The position numbers and the translations under genes are program-made. A stretch of 64,000 nucleotides of DNA from Candidatus Latescibacterota bacterium (GTDB lineage Bacteria > Latescibacterota > UBA2968): assembly GCA_965204375.1 (NCBI GenBank), contig OZ241986.1, forward strand, positions 2,080,001 through 2,144,000, read 5' to 3'. Position 1 is the stretch's first letter; each line of letters begins with the position of its first letter. The notes below the pieces were generated by a model. That model ran no database searches. It saw only the letters and a program-made list of their open reading frames with translations, and was not told the DNA's origin. Positions 54,396 to 63,976 of the stretch are shown here, one piece after another.

Positions 54396-56600
54396 CTACG
54401 CCTTCCCCATTGCTTGTAGTGATCGCCACGAATGAATCCCCGTCCGCCCCCAGGCCATCTCGGAAGGTACCGACTCATTGCCCGCCCGATCTACGGCCGT
54501 CACGCGATAATAATACGTTGTCGAACACCAGTAGGGCGTGGCCGAAGGCAACCCCCAGTCAATCCATCTCGGCTCTGAGGGCGAGGCAATCAGTGTGCGC
54601 TGATCGCAGACAAAATTGGGATCCGTACTGGCGTACACATTGTAGTGATGGAAATCCGAATCCGATACAGGTGCCCAGGTCACCTGTAATTCCGACACAT
54701 CGCCAGTCTCCACTTCTACCCCCGTCACCTGTGCCGGAGGCATCGCGTCTTCCCCACCCTTTTCGGAAGGAATATATGCGGCATCATCAGTCAGCAGCAA
54801 TTGATCCAGCTTCACATCCCGATTTGATGTTGCCGCCGTCAACACATGCGCATCCCCATCCAGATTCAGCACAACAGGTCTCCCGCGTGCGTCCAGAACC
54901 CGCACCCATCCCCAATCATCCACCACAGCCTCACAGCACCCCACCTCCCGGTCATCGCACCGTATATTGAATCCCAAAATGTGACCATGTTTTCCCGCCA
55001 CCCGCGCCCACAGACCATAGGCCCCGGACCTCGGCACATCCACATCCATGTGTACCCGCCCCGACTGCTCATTATCCTTCAACGCCACAAAATACAGATT
55101 GGACGCTCGTCCATCGAACTGGTCGGTTAACCCTTCTCGCCGCCCCAGTTCCGGTTCGATAAATAGCCGCACAGGCTCTTCTCGCGGCCCACTTCCCAAC
55201 CGCACTTCAGCAGAAGGTCGCCCCTCCAGCCCGGAATATTCCACCATCGCCACCCGGTAAAACGCCGTGCCCTCCCTGTGCGTTCTGTCTTCAAAAGCTT
55301 CACCGGTCACAATCCCCTCACTGATCTGCTCAAATCCCTCGCCCGATTCTCGACTTCGGTACACGTAATATCCCTTCAACTCTTTTGAGCGCGTGGGACG
55401 CTCCCACGCCAGTTCTACTCCCTGATTGCCCAATTCGGCCCGCAATCCCACGGGTGGATCGGGTCTTTTCAACACAGCCACATACACCTCGCCCCATAGC
55501 CCCACCATATCCGAATCAAAAACCACCTTGGTCCCATCGGGACTTACAATCGGCGCCGGATGTGTGGACTCGGCATCCGGATGCATCGCTCCCCAGCCCT
55601 GATAGGAGCTATTGTGGTGACAGATCTGGTGAATCCGCCCCCGCTCTTCAGTATGAATCAGCAAAATCTGATTGGCGTATGGGCCTCTATCCGTCACATC
55701 TGAAACAATCCACTCGTTGTCAAAACTCCATCCCCCGTGCATGCCACCCGACAGATTGACGACTTGTCGCCTGTTCGTGCCATCTTTGTCCATTACCCAG
55801 ATACTCGACTCTGAAGCATAAGACCATGCGTGCCCATCGTGCGCCCAATCCGGATGTCCCGCCTGTCCACAGGGCAACTCTGTTTTATCCGTTCCATCCG
55901 CCTGGATGATATAACTGCCCAGCCTCACCTCTTTGACTGGATCGTTCAAATTGTAAAAGATGGAATAATCTGCCCCCCGCGTGAACCGCAGCCGGTGAAT
56001 ATTGCCCTCAATGGGTACTGCTCGCTGTTTTCCGCTCTGGATATCGATCAGATAAACCGTCCACACCTTTTGATCCGGGTCCTTTCGCCCCCGCACCAGA
56101 AGTTTCTTCTCATCGCTGCTCGGCGGACAAAATTCCACGTTGTGTTGCAGATCTACCGACGCGAGTTCTCGGCTTTTTCCCGTCTTTACATCGACTGAAC
56201 AGAACGCCGTCCGAGAGCCGCGATTAGCGGAATAATACATCAAGTCCGGCTTCAAACCACTCCACAAAGGCCGCGGCACCCGTCCTTCTTCACCGCGAAT
56301 ATGCAATTCTCGAATCCGCCCTCCATCCGCATCCATAAGCCAGTTTCCCCCGTGTTCGCCCGGCCGCCGCGATACAAAAAACAATGCGGAACCATCGGCA
56401 TTCCACGCTGGAATATCGTAATAAATATGCCGCGAAATCGCCGGATCGTGCGTCAGTTTCCACACCTCGGCCTGCGTTCCCCTATCCCGAAAAATCGTGC
56501 GCTCAGACGGGTAAGCATCTCCATTTTTCAGCTTCTCATACGGCTTGTGCCCGTCCCGCACCGAAAGTGCCTCCAGGTTGTGTGAGCGGTCAATAGCCAT
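54396..56600 (-). CDS. Ogl/TolB-like beta-propeller fused to FN3 and carbohydrate-binding-like domains; no signal peptide
   Basis: FRDRGTQAEVWKLT, GHPDW, THPAPIVSPDGTKVVFDSD; FN3-like GYYVYRS and YYYRVTAVDRAGNES; GAYGLWARV...LDQLLLT. Confidence 0.65.
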   Translation of the reverse strand: MAIDRSHNLEALSVRDGHKPYEKLKNGDAYPSERTIFRDRGTQAEVWKLTHDPAISRHIYYDIPAWNADGSALFFVSRRPGEHGGNWLMDADGGRIRELHIRGEEGRVPRPLWSGLKPDLMYYSANRGSRTAFCSVDVKTGKSRELASVDLQHNVEFCPPSSDEKKLLVRGRKDPDQKVWTVYLIDIQSGKQRAVPIEGNIHRLRFTRGADYSIFYNLNDPVKEVRLGSYIIQADGTDKTELPCGQAGHPDWAHDGHAWSYASESSIWVMDKDGTNRRQVVNLSGGMHGGWSFDNEWIVSDVTDRGPYANQILLIHTEERGRIHQICHHNSSYQGWGAMHPDAESTHPAPIVSPDGTKVVFDSDMVGLWGEVYVAVLKRPDPPVGLRAELGNQGVELAWERPTRSKELKGYYVYRSRESGEGFEQISEGIVTGEAFEDRTHREGTAFYRVAMVEYSGLEGRPSAEVRLGSGPREEPVRLFIEPELGRREGLTDQFDGRASNLYFVALKDNEQSGRVHMDVDVPRSGAYGLWARVAGKHGHILGFNIRCDDREVGCCEAVVDDWGWVRVLDARGRPVVLNLDGDAHVLTAATSNRDVKLDQLLLTDDAAYIPSEKGGEDAMPPAQVTGVEVETGDVSELQVTWAPVSDSDFHHYNVYASTDPNFVCDQRTLIASPSEPRWIDWGLPSATPYWCSTTYYYRVTAVDRAGNESVPSEMAWGRTGIHSWRSLQAMGKA

Positions 56601-56619
56601 GTCAAATCTCCTTTTTTAT

Positions 56620-57477
56620 TCAATCCAATCCAAACTGCCGCTTCAAAAATTCAACCGTCTCCCTGTAAAACCGCGCCTGAATCGCCCCTTGATCCTCCTC
56701 CAACACATCCTCCCGCATCCGCACCACGCATTCCACACCCAGCGCATCCATCTTCTCCTTCAGCGCCAGCCCGAATATCGGATGGTGAATCCCCTGCCCC
56801 GCGTCTGGCTCGGTGTCCATTGGCAAATTTGGCGTGGTGTACCACAACATCACAGGCGGCGCATCTTTAGACACATAATTGATTGCCGAAGCTGCTTTAA
56901 ACATCGCCCGTGCCTCCGGCTTATCGAATTCCTCAGGTGAAAATCCAAAAAATAGCTGTAGTGCCTCGTGTGCATACGCCGGTCCCGAAATAATCGTCCG
57001 AATAAAATGCGGATCGTACGAACACTGCCCCTGCCACGACGCCACGCACGTCAGCCGCGTGGATTGTCGGGCCACCGGATCTTCGCTTTCTGACTTCGCT
57101 TCTTCCCCGCGAAACCCGATCCACATCGAAATCCCGGCTCCAGCAGATCCCCCTCCGGCCGCCACCCGAGAAGCGTCTAAATTCCACTCTTCTGCCTTCC
57201 ACCGGATAAACTGAATTGCCCGCTGGCTGTGCTCCATCGCCGCCGGATACCGGTCCGTTCCCGAAAGCGGATAATTGATCGCCGCCACCGAAATACCCGC
57301 CTCATGGCATCCTTCCAGCAACACCTGCGAAATACTTGCTTTGTCTCCACCCCGAAATCCCCCGCCGTGAATATACACATACACCGGTGCCGGATCTTTC
57401 GAATCCACTTGATACAGATCCACCACATCCCGCTCGTGATCCCCATACGCCACATCTCGAAAAGTCGGTTCGTCCAT
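56620..57477 (-). CDS. Alpha/beta hydrolase (HSL-like carboxylesterase)
   Basis: YIHGGGF.GGDK, GGSAG nucleophile elbow, APPV, IHHP. Confidence 0.88.
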   Translation of the reverse strand: MDEPTFRDVAYGDHERDVVDLYQVDSKDPAPVYVYIHGGGFRGGDKASISQVLLEGCHEAGISVAAINYPLSGTDRYPAAMEHSQRAIQFIRWKAEEWNLDASRVAAGGGSAGAGISMWIGFRGEEAKSESEDPVARQSTRLTCVASWQGQCSYDPHFIRTIISGPAYAHEALQLFFGFSPEEFDKPEARAMFKAASAINYVSKDAPPVMLWYTTPNLPMDTEPDAGQGIHHPIFGLALKEKMDALGVECVVRMREDVLEEDQGAIQARFYRETVEFLKRQFGLD

Positions 57478-57501
57478 TGTTCCCCCTTGAAAATCAAAAA
57501 C

Positions 57502-59772
57502 CTACCTTTTAACCCAGATTGGACTCGACCATGCGAAATCGCCCTGTGCCACCTGCAAATTACCACAGCGCCCACCCATCGGCATCCGGCGAAGCGGCTT
57601 TAGTCTAACCTGTAAATAATAAAAATGTTCTCCAACATCTGGCTCGTCCTCAAACCTCAAAACGGCCTGTTGCTTTCCGACCCCTTGCTCCAGCACCTGC
57701 TCTCCATCTCTGAACAGCGCGACCTGCTGCACCATTCGGGATGCCTGCACCTTGCAAATTAAGTGTACCTGTCCGGCCACCTCCACCTCCGATCCCATGG
57801 GCATTCCGTTCACCCGCACATCCAGCATAACACGAGCACCGTTGGTGGCAAAACACCGCCGTGCCCACAGAGCTTCAAATAGTGCCTCTCGGGTTAGAGC
57901 CTCTGCCCACACACCCGTCAGAGCACCGCCCATCCCGGGCACAATCCGATGGGAATCGCTATTCCCCATAAACGCCAGGCGATAGCCCTGCCGCAGTGTT
58001 TCTGGAATCGTATCCCGCATGTGAATGTAAATATCCCAGCACGAACACAGTTCCACGCCCCCGAGCCGACTGCTCGGAATCACCCACCAGGTGGGATGGT
58101 GCGGAAATGTAAAAGCCCGCGTCTTTTCCATCGCTGCCACCCACTTCTCCAGTGTATCCGCATCGGACTCGGTAAAATGATACAGCGGCACTTCTCCGTC
58201 CGGAAATAGCATAATCCGATGATTCGGTCCGCGCTCTGATTCCTTGCGATAGGTGCGCTCATAGGCGGGGACGGCCACAAACCGTCCCGGATCGTTAAAG
58301 TGATCGGCCTCCGCCAGGATCAACTCGAGCTCTGATGGCGTGAGAATATTATCGTAAAGCGCATCATTATCCGTCACCGCCATAAAATCCAGCCGTGCTT
58401 TGTAGCGCCCATACGCGTAATTCTCGTCGATCTCGCCCTCTGCATCACCCGACAGATTGCCGTGGCAATGGAGGTCCCCCCAGTAAAGTTTATAGGTCTT
58501 TCCCCCCACCACTATTTCAGGCCGTTGATCAAACACAGGCGGTTCGGGCAGTTGGATCGGCCGCCATGATCGCCAGGCCGAGACCGGGCGTTCCTCCACG
58601 GGCTGCGCCTGATCCAATGGCAAACTCCCGGCACAGATATCCGCATAATATCGCCCCTCGGAAATCTGGGCGGCAAAAGGCAACCTCCCATCCACCACCG
58701 GCAAATCTCCGTTCACCGTATAGGCGTGTACCTGCCCATCCACCTCGCAGGACCGCCCCTGATTTCTCCCGGTCAGGGGCCGAGCGTAAAACAGCGCATC
58801 CGGACCGTGCCGGTTGACCAACTCGTCTTCTTTACGCTCATAAAGAACCCAGACATCCCCATCCGTTTCCCTCACAATCTGCGGACGACGACGCCACCCC
58901 ACAAACCCCATATAATGCTCGCGCCCCAGCAATCCATCGTAGAGATGCGCCACATACCCCTCGGGCATAGTGCGATCCGGTCCCCTATAGGGTGTCCAGG
59001 ATCGACCGTCAAAATGCGAAGCCATCGCCTCCACTTTGTGATCTACAAATCCCTTGGGATGGATCACATCGCGCGTGACCGCCCACGTCGCCCAGACCCC
59101 GTCTGATCCGTCGGAACACAACCTCGGAAACAACTCCCAGTCATCTGTAAGCGAAAACTTTCCCAGTCGTTCCACCCCATCCGGCGTCCACTTCCTCAAA
59201 AACAAATCACAGACTCCATTTCGGAGCGTCTGGTAAGCCACCCAAGCACCCCCGGCATGACCACACAGCACGGGCCGATAGTGATCTCCTCCACCCTGCG
59301 ACAGATCCACGACATCAGCCCAGCGATTCCCATCCAGACACCTCCCAAATACCCGACGTCTCCTACCCACCAGCGCTGTCCAGGCCACCCATATCCTGCC
59401 CTCACTGTCCGAAGTCACATTTGGGAAAGCCAGACTCGCATCCGCCTCTGCCAGTCGCACCACCTCGCCCATTTCGTCTGCCGATCGGGCCAGCACACAC
59501 CACCGCCCCTCCCGCACAGCGCACCATACCGCCCACACCGCATCGCCCCCGCACGCAATTCGCGGCTGAAAATTGATCCCCGCCTCTTCGCTCACTGTCA
59601 GCAAAGGACCTCGCGCCTGCCCTTTAAAAGACCGCACCAGAATCCGGTCTTCTTTGGGCCTATACCCGTGCCAGGCCACCCAGAACCGGTCAGAACCATC
59701 TACAGTCAGCGCCGGATCTTTATCGACATGCCCGCGGCGATGCTCTGACAATCGAATTTGCAAACGCTCCAT
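57502..59772 (-). CDS. DUF3604/PHP-like metallohydrolase with N-terminal beta-propeller repeats
   Basis: YWGDLHCH...SGD, LDFMAVTD, GNSDSH, LTGVWAE.LTRE.LFEAL.ARRCFAT.G, AWSSPIWV. Start at ATG 59772. Confidence 0.78.
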   Translation of the reverse strand: MERLQIRLSEHRRGHVDKDPALTVDGSDRFWVAWHGYRPKEDRILVRSFKGQARGPLLTVSEEAGINFQPRIACGGDAVWAVWCAVREGRWCVLARSADEMGEVVRLAEADASLAFPNVTSDSEGRIWVAWTALVGRRRRVFGRCLDGNRWADVVDLSQGGGDHYRPVLCGHAGGAWVAYQTLRNGVCDLFLRKWTPDGVERLGKFSLTDDWELFPRLCSDGSDGVWATWAVTRDVIHPKGFVDHKVEAMASHFDGRSWTPYRGPDRTMPEGYVAHLYDGLLGREHYMGFVGWRRRPQIVRETDGDVWVLYERKEDELVNRHGPDALFYARPLTGRNQGRSCEVDGQVHAYTVNGDLPVVDGRLPFAAQISEGRYYADICAGSLPLDQAQPVEERPVSAWRSWRPIQLPEPPVFDQRPEIVVGGKTYKLYWGDLHCHGNLSGDAEGEIDENYAYGRYKARLDFMAVTDNDALYDNILTPSELELILAEADHFNDPGRFVAVPAYERTYRKESERGPNHRIMLFPDGEVPLYHFTESDADTLEKWVAAMEKTRAFTFPHHPTWWVIPSSRLGGVELCSCWDIYIHMRDTIPETLRQGYRLAFMGNSDSHRIVPGMGGALTGVWAEALTREALFEALWARRCFATNGARVMLDVRVNGMPMGSEVEVAGQVHLICKVQASRMVQQVALFRDGEQVLEQGVGKQQAVLRFEDEPDVGEHFYYLQVRLKPLRRMPMGGRCGNLQVAQGDFAWSSPIWVKR

Positions 59773-59801
59773 ACTCCGCAATCCTCTCGTGAAACGTCCC
59801 C
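59714..59801. repeat. Imperfect ~87-bp direct repeat, copy 1 (5' end and RBS of the DUF3604-like gene)
   Basis: TCTTTATC.ACATGCC.GCGGCGATG.TCTGACAATCGAATTTGCAAACGC.CCATACTCCG...AAACGTCCCC recurs at 61708-61792. Confidence 0.9.
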
Positions 59802-59812
59802 TTCCAAAAACA

Positions 59813-60850
59813 CTACGGTATTTGAAATTTTCGGAACTTTGTCCGAAACCTCGGTGTTTCAAGCACATCACGGTTCACCACGGCCTCGGGAATCTCACCC
59901 CGAAGAATCTGCGCGGCCTGGCGGAATTTATCGCGCCAAGCTCCTTCAAAGTATTCATCGGTATGCCCCAGAGAGTGCGGGGATACAACGACATTGTCCA
60001 TTTTGAGGATCGGATTGCCGGGATTGACGGGCTCCTGTTCGAACACATCCAATCCGGCCCCTCGAATCCATCCCTGCTGCAGCGCCTGAATGAGCGCGGC
60101 TTCGTCGACTACGGGGCCGCGCGAGGTGTTGATCAGGTAGGCCGTGGATTTCATTTTGCGCAATTCTTCTTTCCCAATCAGATGGTGTGTCTCTTCTCTA
60201 AATGGAACGCTGATGCTCAGGAAGTCGGACTCGGCCAGAATCGTATCCATATCTACCAGGTCTGCGCCGATATCGGACAAGGCGTCCTGTTCTACGTAGG
60301 GGTCACAGGCCAGGTGCCGCATCCCAAACGGCCTGGCCAGTAAAAACATCTCGTGGCCGATATTGCCGACGCCGATGGAACCGAGGGTCTTGCCGGTCAG
60401 GCCTTCACCGTGATACGCATCCCGTTCCGACCAGTGTCCCTGGCGGGTTATTCTGTCTTTGTTAATCAGTCGCATCGCGAGCGCCAGAATGAAGGTGATG
60501 ATAGTACAGGCCATTGGCCGGCGAACCGCGTCGGGAGCAAAGCAGAGCATGACGCCCGCATGGGTGAGAGCCCGAACATCAATGTGGTCGTATCCCACGC
60601 CGGTGTAGAGGACTGCGACCAGTTGGTCGTTTCCCGCAAGTGAGCACTTTGTCCAGTGAGCGGTCCAGGAGATGACCATGTCGCATCCACGTATCTGTTC
60701 GGCGCCGACTTCCGGCAGAAACCGATCGAATATCCGGTACTCGACTTCGGGCATCTCATTGAGCAGTTCCAGCCCCGGGCCGGGAATGGCCAGATTTCCG
60801 GCCGGATCGAAGAAATCTCTGGTAATTCCGAGTCTGACTTTCCTCTCCAT
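59813..60850 (-). CDS. D-isomer-specific 2-hydroxyacid dehydrogenase (NAD-dependent)
   Basis: GVGYDHID, GKTLGSIGVGNIG, LINTSRG.VVDE.AL, AGLDVFEQEP, SPH. Confidence 0.93.
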   Translation of the reverse strand: MERKVRLGITRDFFDPAGNLAIPGPGLELLNEMPEVEYRIFDRFLPEVGAEQIRGCDMVISWTAHWTKCSLAGNDQLVAVLYTGVGYDHIDVRALTHAGVMLCFAPDAVRRPMACTIITFILALAMRLINKDRITRQGHWSERDAYHGEGLTGKTLGSIGVGNIGHEMFLLARPFGMRHLACDPYVEQDALSDIGADLVDMDTILAESDFLSISVPFREETHHLIGKEELRKMKSTAYLINTSRGPVVDEAALIQALQQGWIRGAGLDVFEQEPVNPGNPILKMDNVVVSPHSLGHTDEYFEGAWRDKFRQAAQILRGEIPEAVVNRDVLETPRFRTKFRKFQIP

Positions 60851-60903
60851 ATATTCTCTCCTGAATTCTTAGGCGATATAACGATTGGGCATCCTTATGC
60901 CGT

Positions 60904-61680
60904 TTACGGAATCGCCATTCTGAAAATGGGATGGCTATCGGGCGCGTTTGAGAGACACCCGTGGCGATTCACAAGCGGGATCATATCCGTAGTAATGCGA
61001 TCCACATTAATATAGCGGTAGATCAGGGAACGGCGCCGGTTAGAAGACGTATTGGAATCAGAGCCGTGGGGCAGGCACAGGTGAAAAAAGAGGGCATCGC
61101 CGGCATTCAGAACAACGGGCACGGCATCGGTGCTGTCGAATTCTCCCTCGTCAAACCAGGGCTGGTCCGAATTGGGGCGTTTCAAAATGCCCTGCCGGTG
61201 CAAACCGGGCACAACTTGAAGACAGCCGTTTTCGGGAGTCGCCTCATCCACAGCGATCCAGACAGTGGCAACTGGGAGAGGTATTGAATAAAAATAAGGC
61301 GCATCCTGGTGCCAAGCATGAGCAGACCCGTAGAAAGCGGGTTTGAGCTGGGCTTCGTCGCCGAAAAAGCGCAAGTTATCGCCCAGAATATCCCTCATAC
61401 ACGACAGAATGGGTTCACAGGTAGCCACAGACCGAAAGAAAGAATCGTGCCGGACAACGCGGCTGACTTTGCGGATGCGGTTCAAGGGATTCTCGGGACG
61501 AATATCCAGGCGCTGGACCTCGGGTTCGACCTGCACGGCAATCTCGGAATCGAGTTGCCCGAGCGCAGCGCGATCCAGATGTCCGGCGATCTCTTTGAGA
61601 AGCCCCGGCGGAATGAGTCTCTCTACGATGATGAAACCGTCTGTGTGGTAATCTCGGATTTGATCGGGTGTAAGATTCAT
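60904..61680 (-). CDS. PhyH family Fe(II)/2OG dioxygenase
   Basis: LTPDQI..YH.DGF, KPA..GS..AWHQD, WIAVD.AT.ENGCLQVVPG.H, PHGS..N.S..RR. Confidence 0.92.
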   Translation of the reverse strand: MNLTPDQIRDYHTDGFIIVERLIPPGLLKEIAGHLDRAALGQLDSEIAVQVEPEVQRLDIRPENPLNRIRKVSRVVRHDSFFRSVATCEPILSCMRDILGDNLRFFGDEAQLKPAFYGSAHAWHQDAPYFYSIPLPVATVWIAVDEATPENGCLQVVPGLHRQGILKRPNSDQPWFDEGEFDSTDAVPVVLNAGDALFFHLCLPHGSDSNTSSNRRRSLIYRYINVDRITTDMIPLVNRHGCLSNAPDSHPIFRMAIP

Positions 61681-61766
61681 CAAAACCTACCTTTTTTAAT
61701 CCCAGATGGGTCTTTATCCACATGCCTGCGGCGATGTTCTGACAATCGAATTTGCAAACGCCCCAT
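61680..61766 (-). pseudogene. Internally deleted copy of the DUF3604-like gene, now a 28-aa mini-ORF
   Basis: MGRLQIRLSEHRRRHVDKDPSGIKKGRF*: the first 20 codons match the start of 57502-59772 and the rest matches its 3' end (57493-57522). Its TGA overlaps the PhyH ATG. Confidence 0.85.
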
Positions 61767-61792
61767 ACTCCGATCCTCTCATAAACGTCCCC
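61708..61792. repeat. Imperfect direct repeat, copy 2
   Basis: See 59714-59801. Confidence 0.9.
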
Positions 61793-61896
61793 AGAATCAT
61801 CCTGAGCGTCACAAGATAGCTTTTGTTTTCGGAAATAATTGGTATATTTCTCACAAGAACCCTGATACAACCCCGCATTTCCTGGAGAAACCAACA

Positions 61897-63147
61897 GTGA
61901 CAACAAATACCATTCGCGTGGGCATCATCGGAACTGGCAGCCGCGGCATCAACTGTATTGGCCATCAAATTGCCGAACAAGCCAGCGATCTGGACATCAC
62001 AATAACCGCTTTTTGCAACCGCACAGAAAGCCGCATGCACATCGCCCTTGAAGATGTGAACAGAATCGCGGCGGCAGCGGGCAACTCGGCATTTTCACCC
62101 GCATTCTACAGCGATCCAACAGCTCTGATATCAGACAACAACGTAGATATGGTCGTCATCACCACGCCCACGGCAGCCCATCGCGAAGCGGCAATACCCG
62201 CACTGCGCTCGGGCAAAAAGGTCTATCTGGACAAGCCCATTGCACATACACTCGAAGATGCCATAGCCATCCACAAAGAAGAGTCCAAAACAAATAATCC
62301 GATGATCATGGGCTTTACCAGGCGCTATGAACAGCCCTGGATAGAACTCTACAACCTGCTGAAAAGCGGCGTCATCGGCGACCTCAAAATGATGCTCATT
62401 CGCTCCGTAATCCCCTACACGCATTATTTTATGACCTGGCACCGCACGCGGTCATTGAGCGGCGGTGCGCTCAACGACAAGGCATCGCACTACACAGACG
62501 TATTCAACTGGTTTGCGGGCGGCCATTGTCTCCAGGTCAACGCCTTTGGGGGGCGCAACCTCTTTGAAGTGCGCGAAGACGCGCCCGAATTTTGTGCCGT
62601 CTGCGACGACGACACTTGTCCTTATCGAGCGGAATTGGTCGAAACGGGAACACAGGATCAGGCTCGGGGCGCAATAGATCAGACTTTCGCCCGTGAAACC
62701 GATCCCATGCGCCGAAAAGACAATTGCGTATATAAACCCGGCGCAGACATCTTCGACCACGCATCCATCCACTTCCAGTACGACAACGGAATCGTCGCCT
62801 CCATCTTCTACGCCATTTACGGTCCCAAAGCCGAAGACGAAGAAACCTTTGAACTGGTCGGCACAAAAGGGCGAATGATCCTGACGCGCCTGAAAGGCGA
62901 AATCGACCTCGTCACGGACTATGGAGAACGCAGAGAAGAAATCATACAATGCAAAGCCGAAGCCTTTGAAACCTCTCACTTCGGTGCAGACCGCAAGCTG
63001 GTGCAGGAAATTGCCAAATTTGCCCGCGGCGATCCATCCCCAGTAGATGGCCGATACGGCATGGAAGCCACGCGAATGATCCTATCAGCAATGCAATCCA
63101 TCGACCAGGGCGGCGAAACCATTCGCCTCGCCAATGGACCAATATAA
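61897..63147 (+). CDS. Gfo/Idh/MocA family oxidoreductase
   Basis: IRVGIIGTGSRG, VYLDKP, MGFTRRY, SGGALNDKASHY.D, H.GAD; GGAG RBS before GTG 61897. The ORF-track extension to 61309 is spurious. Confidence 0.9.
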   Translation: MTTNTIRVGIIGTGSRGINCIGHQIAEQASDLDITITAFCNRTESRMHIALEDVNRIAAAAGNSAFSPAFYSDPTALISDNNVDMVVITTPTAAHREAAIPALRSGKKVYLDKPIAHTLEDAIAIHKEESKTNNPMIMGFTRRYEQPWIELYNLLKSGVIGDLKMMLIRSVIPYTHYFMTWHRTRSLSGGALNDKASHYTDVFNWFAGGHCLQVNAFGGRNLFEVREDAPEFCAVCDDDTCPYRAELVETGTQDQARGAIDQTFARETDPMRRKDNCVYKPGADIFDHASIHFQYDNGIVASIFYAIYGPKAEDEETFELVGTKGRMILTRLKGEIDLVTDYGERREEIIQCKAEAFETSHFGADRKLVQEIAKFARGDPSPVDGRYGMEATRMILSAMQSIDQGGETIRLANGPI

Positions 63148-63157
63148 GGGAGGAAAA

Positions 63158-63976
63158 ATGACACCAATACCTATGACCGATGAGCAAAAATTCTTCTTCG
63201 ACCTCCGCGGCTGGATCCTGCTGCCTTCTGTGCTATCGGCTGCAGAGATAGAAGAGATGAAAGCCGAAGTATATGCCGGTGCCAAGCGGAGTTATGAAGG
63301 CGCGCTTCAGAACCTGCTGGACCACCCGGCAATCGTCGGCATTCTAAACGAAATCCTATCCGAAGATCCGTTTGTGAAGGACAACTGCTACGGCTTCCGA
63401 TGCGAAGGCTCCTTCACCACCGTGCGGCCTCCCGGATGGGACAAATCGGAACGGAGAGACAACGGCATGCCCCACGTTGTGCGTCCCCCCCAACAAGCCA
63501 ACGCCATGCGCTATCAGGTCGCGGGAAATAAAATTTTTGCCGGGCTGACCCGGGTCGTGTGGGAACTCGAGGAAGTCGTGTCGGGACAGGGCGGCACCTC
63601 TTTTCTCAGCGGATCGCACAAAGCCCACTTCAATTACGGCGGCCCGGATCGGTTTCGGCCAAATATCGGCGGCTCCCCCTATGAATCCAGTATGAGAGAT
63701 GCCATGGAAGATTATAGCTGCCCCGCAGGCTCGGTAGTCATCTTCACGGAAAGCCTGATCCACGCAGCCAATGACTGGACCAACCCCAACAATCCGAGAT
63801 GCGCGGTCTTCAACTGCTACAACTCCATCTGGGCGCAGTGGCACCGCCTCAACCTCAACCACGAAACAATCGAAGCCATGCCCCCAAAGCGGCGGACACT
63901 CTTCCGCGGTACCTGGGCAATTGGTGGCGGCCCAAATGGAAACCGCGAGTACTCGCTGGATAACAGAACCGTCTAA
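63158..63976 (+). CDS. PhyH-like dioxygenase-fold protein with non-canonical metal motif
   Basis: MTDEQKFFFDLRGW, LLDHP, GGT.FL.GSHK, AGSVVIFTESLIH, W.....R; GGGAGG RBS before ATG 63158. Confidence 0.82.
   Translation: MTPIPMTDEQKFFFDLRGWILLPSVLSAAEIEEMKAEVYAGAKRSYEGALQNLLDHPAIVGILNEILSEDPFVKDNCYGFRCEGSFTTVRPPGWDKSERRDNGMPHVVRPPQQANAMRYQVAGNKIFAGLTRVVWELEEVVSGQGGTSFLSGSHKAHFNYGGPDRFRPNIGGSPYESSMRDAMEDYSCPAGSVVIFTESLIHAANDWTNPNNPRCAVFNCYNSIWAQWHRLNLNHETIEAMPPKRRTLFRGTWAIGGGPNGNREYSLDNRTV

Noticed and set aside
59714-61792. IS element or prophage att sites as the cause of the direct repeat
   Set aside because: No transposase or integrase and no terminal inverted repeats. The repeat is a diverged copy of a coding start, not a target-site duplication.
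61309-61896. N-terminal extension of the 612-aa Gfo/Idh/MocA ORF (similar extensions on the ORFs listed as 32063, 43803, 6098, 7996 and 59871)
   Set aside because: The extensions overlap other genes. A family N-terminus, usually with an RBS, marks a later start.
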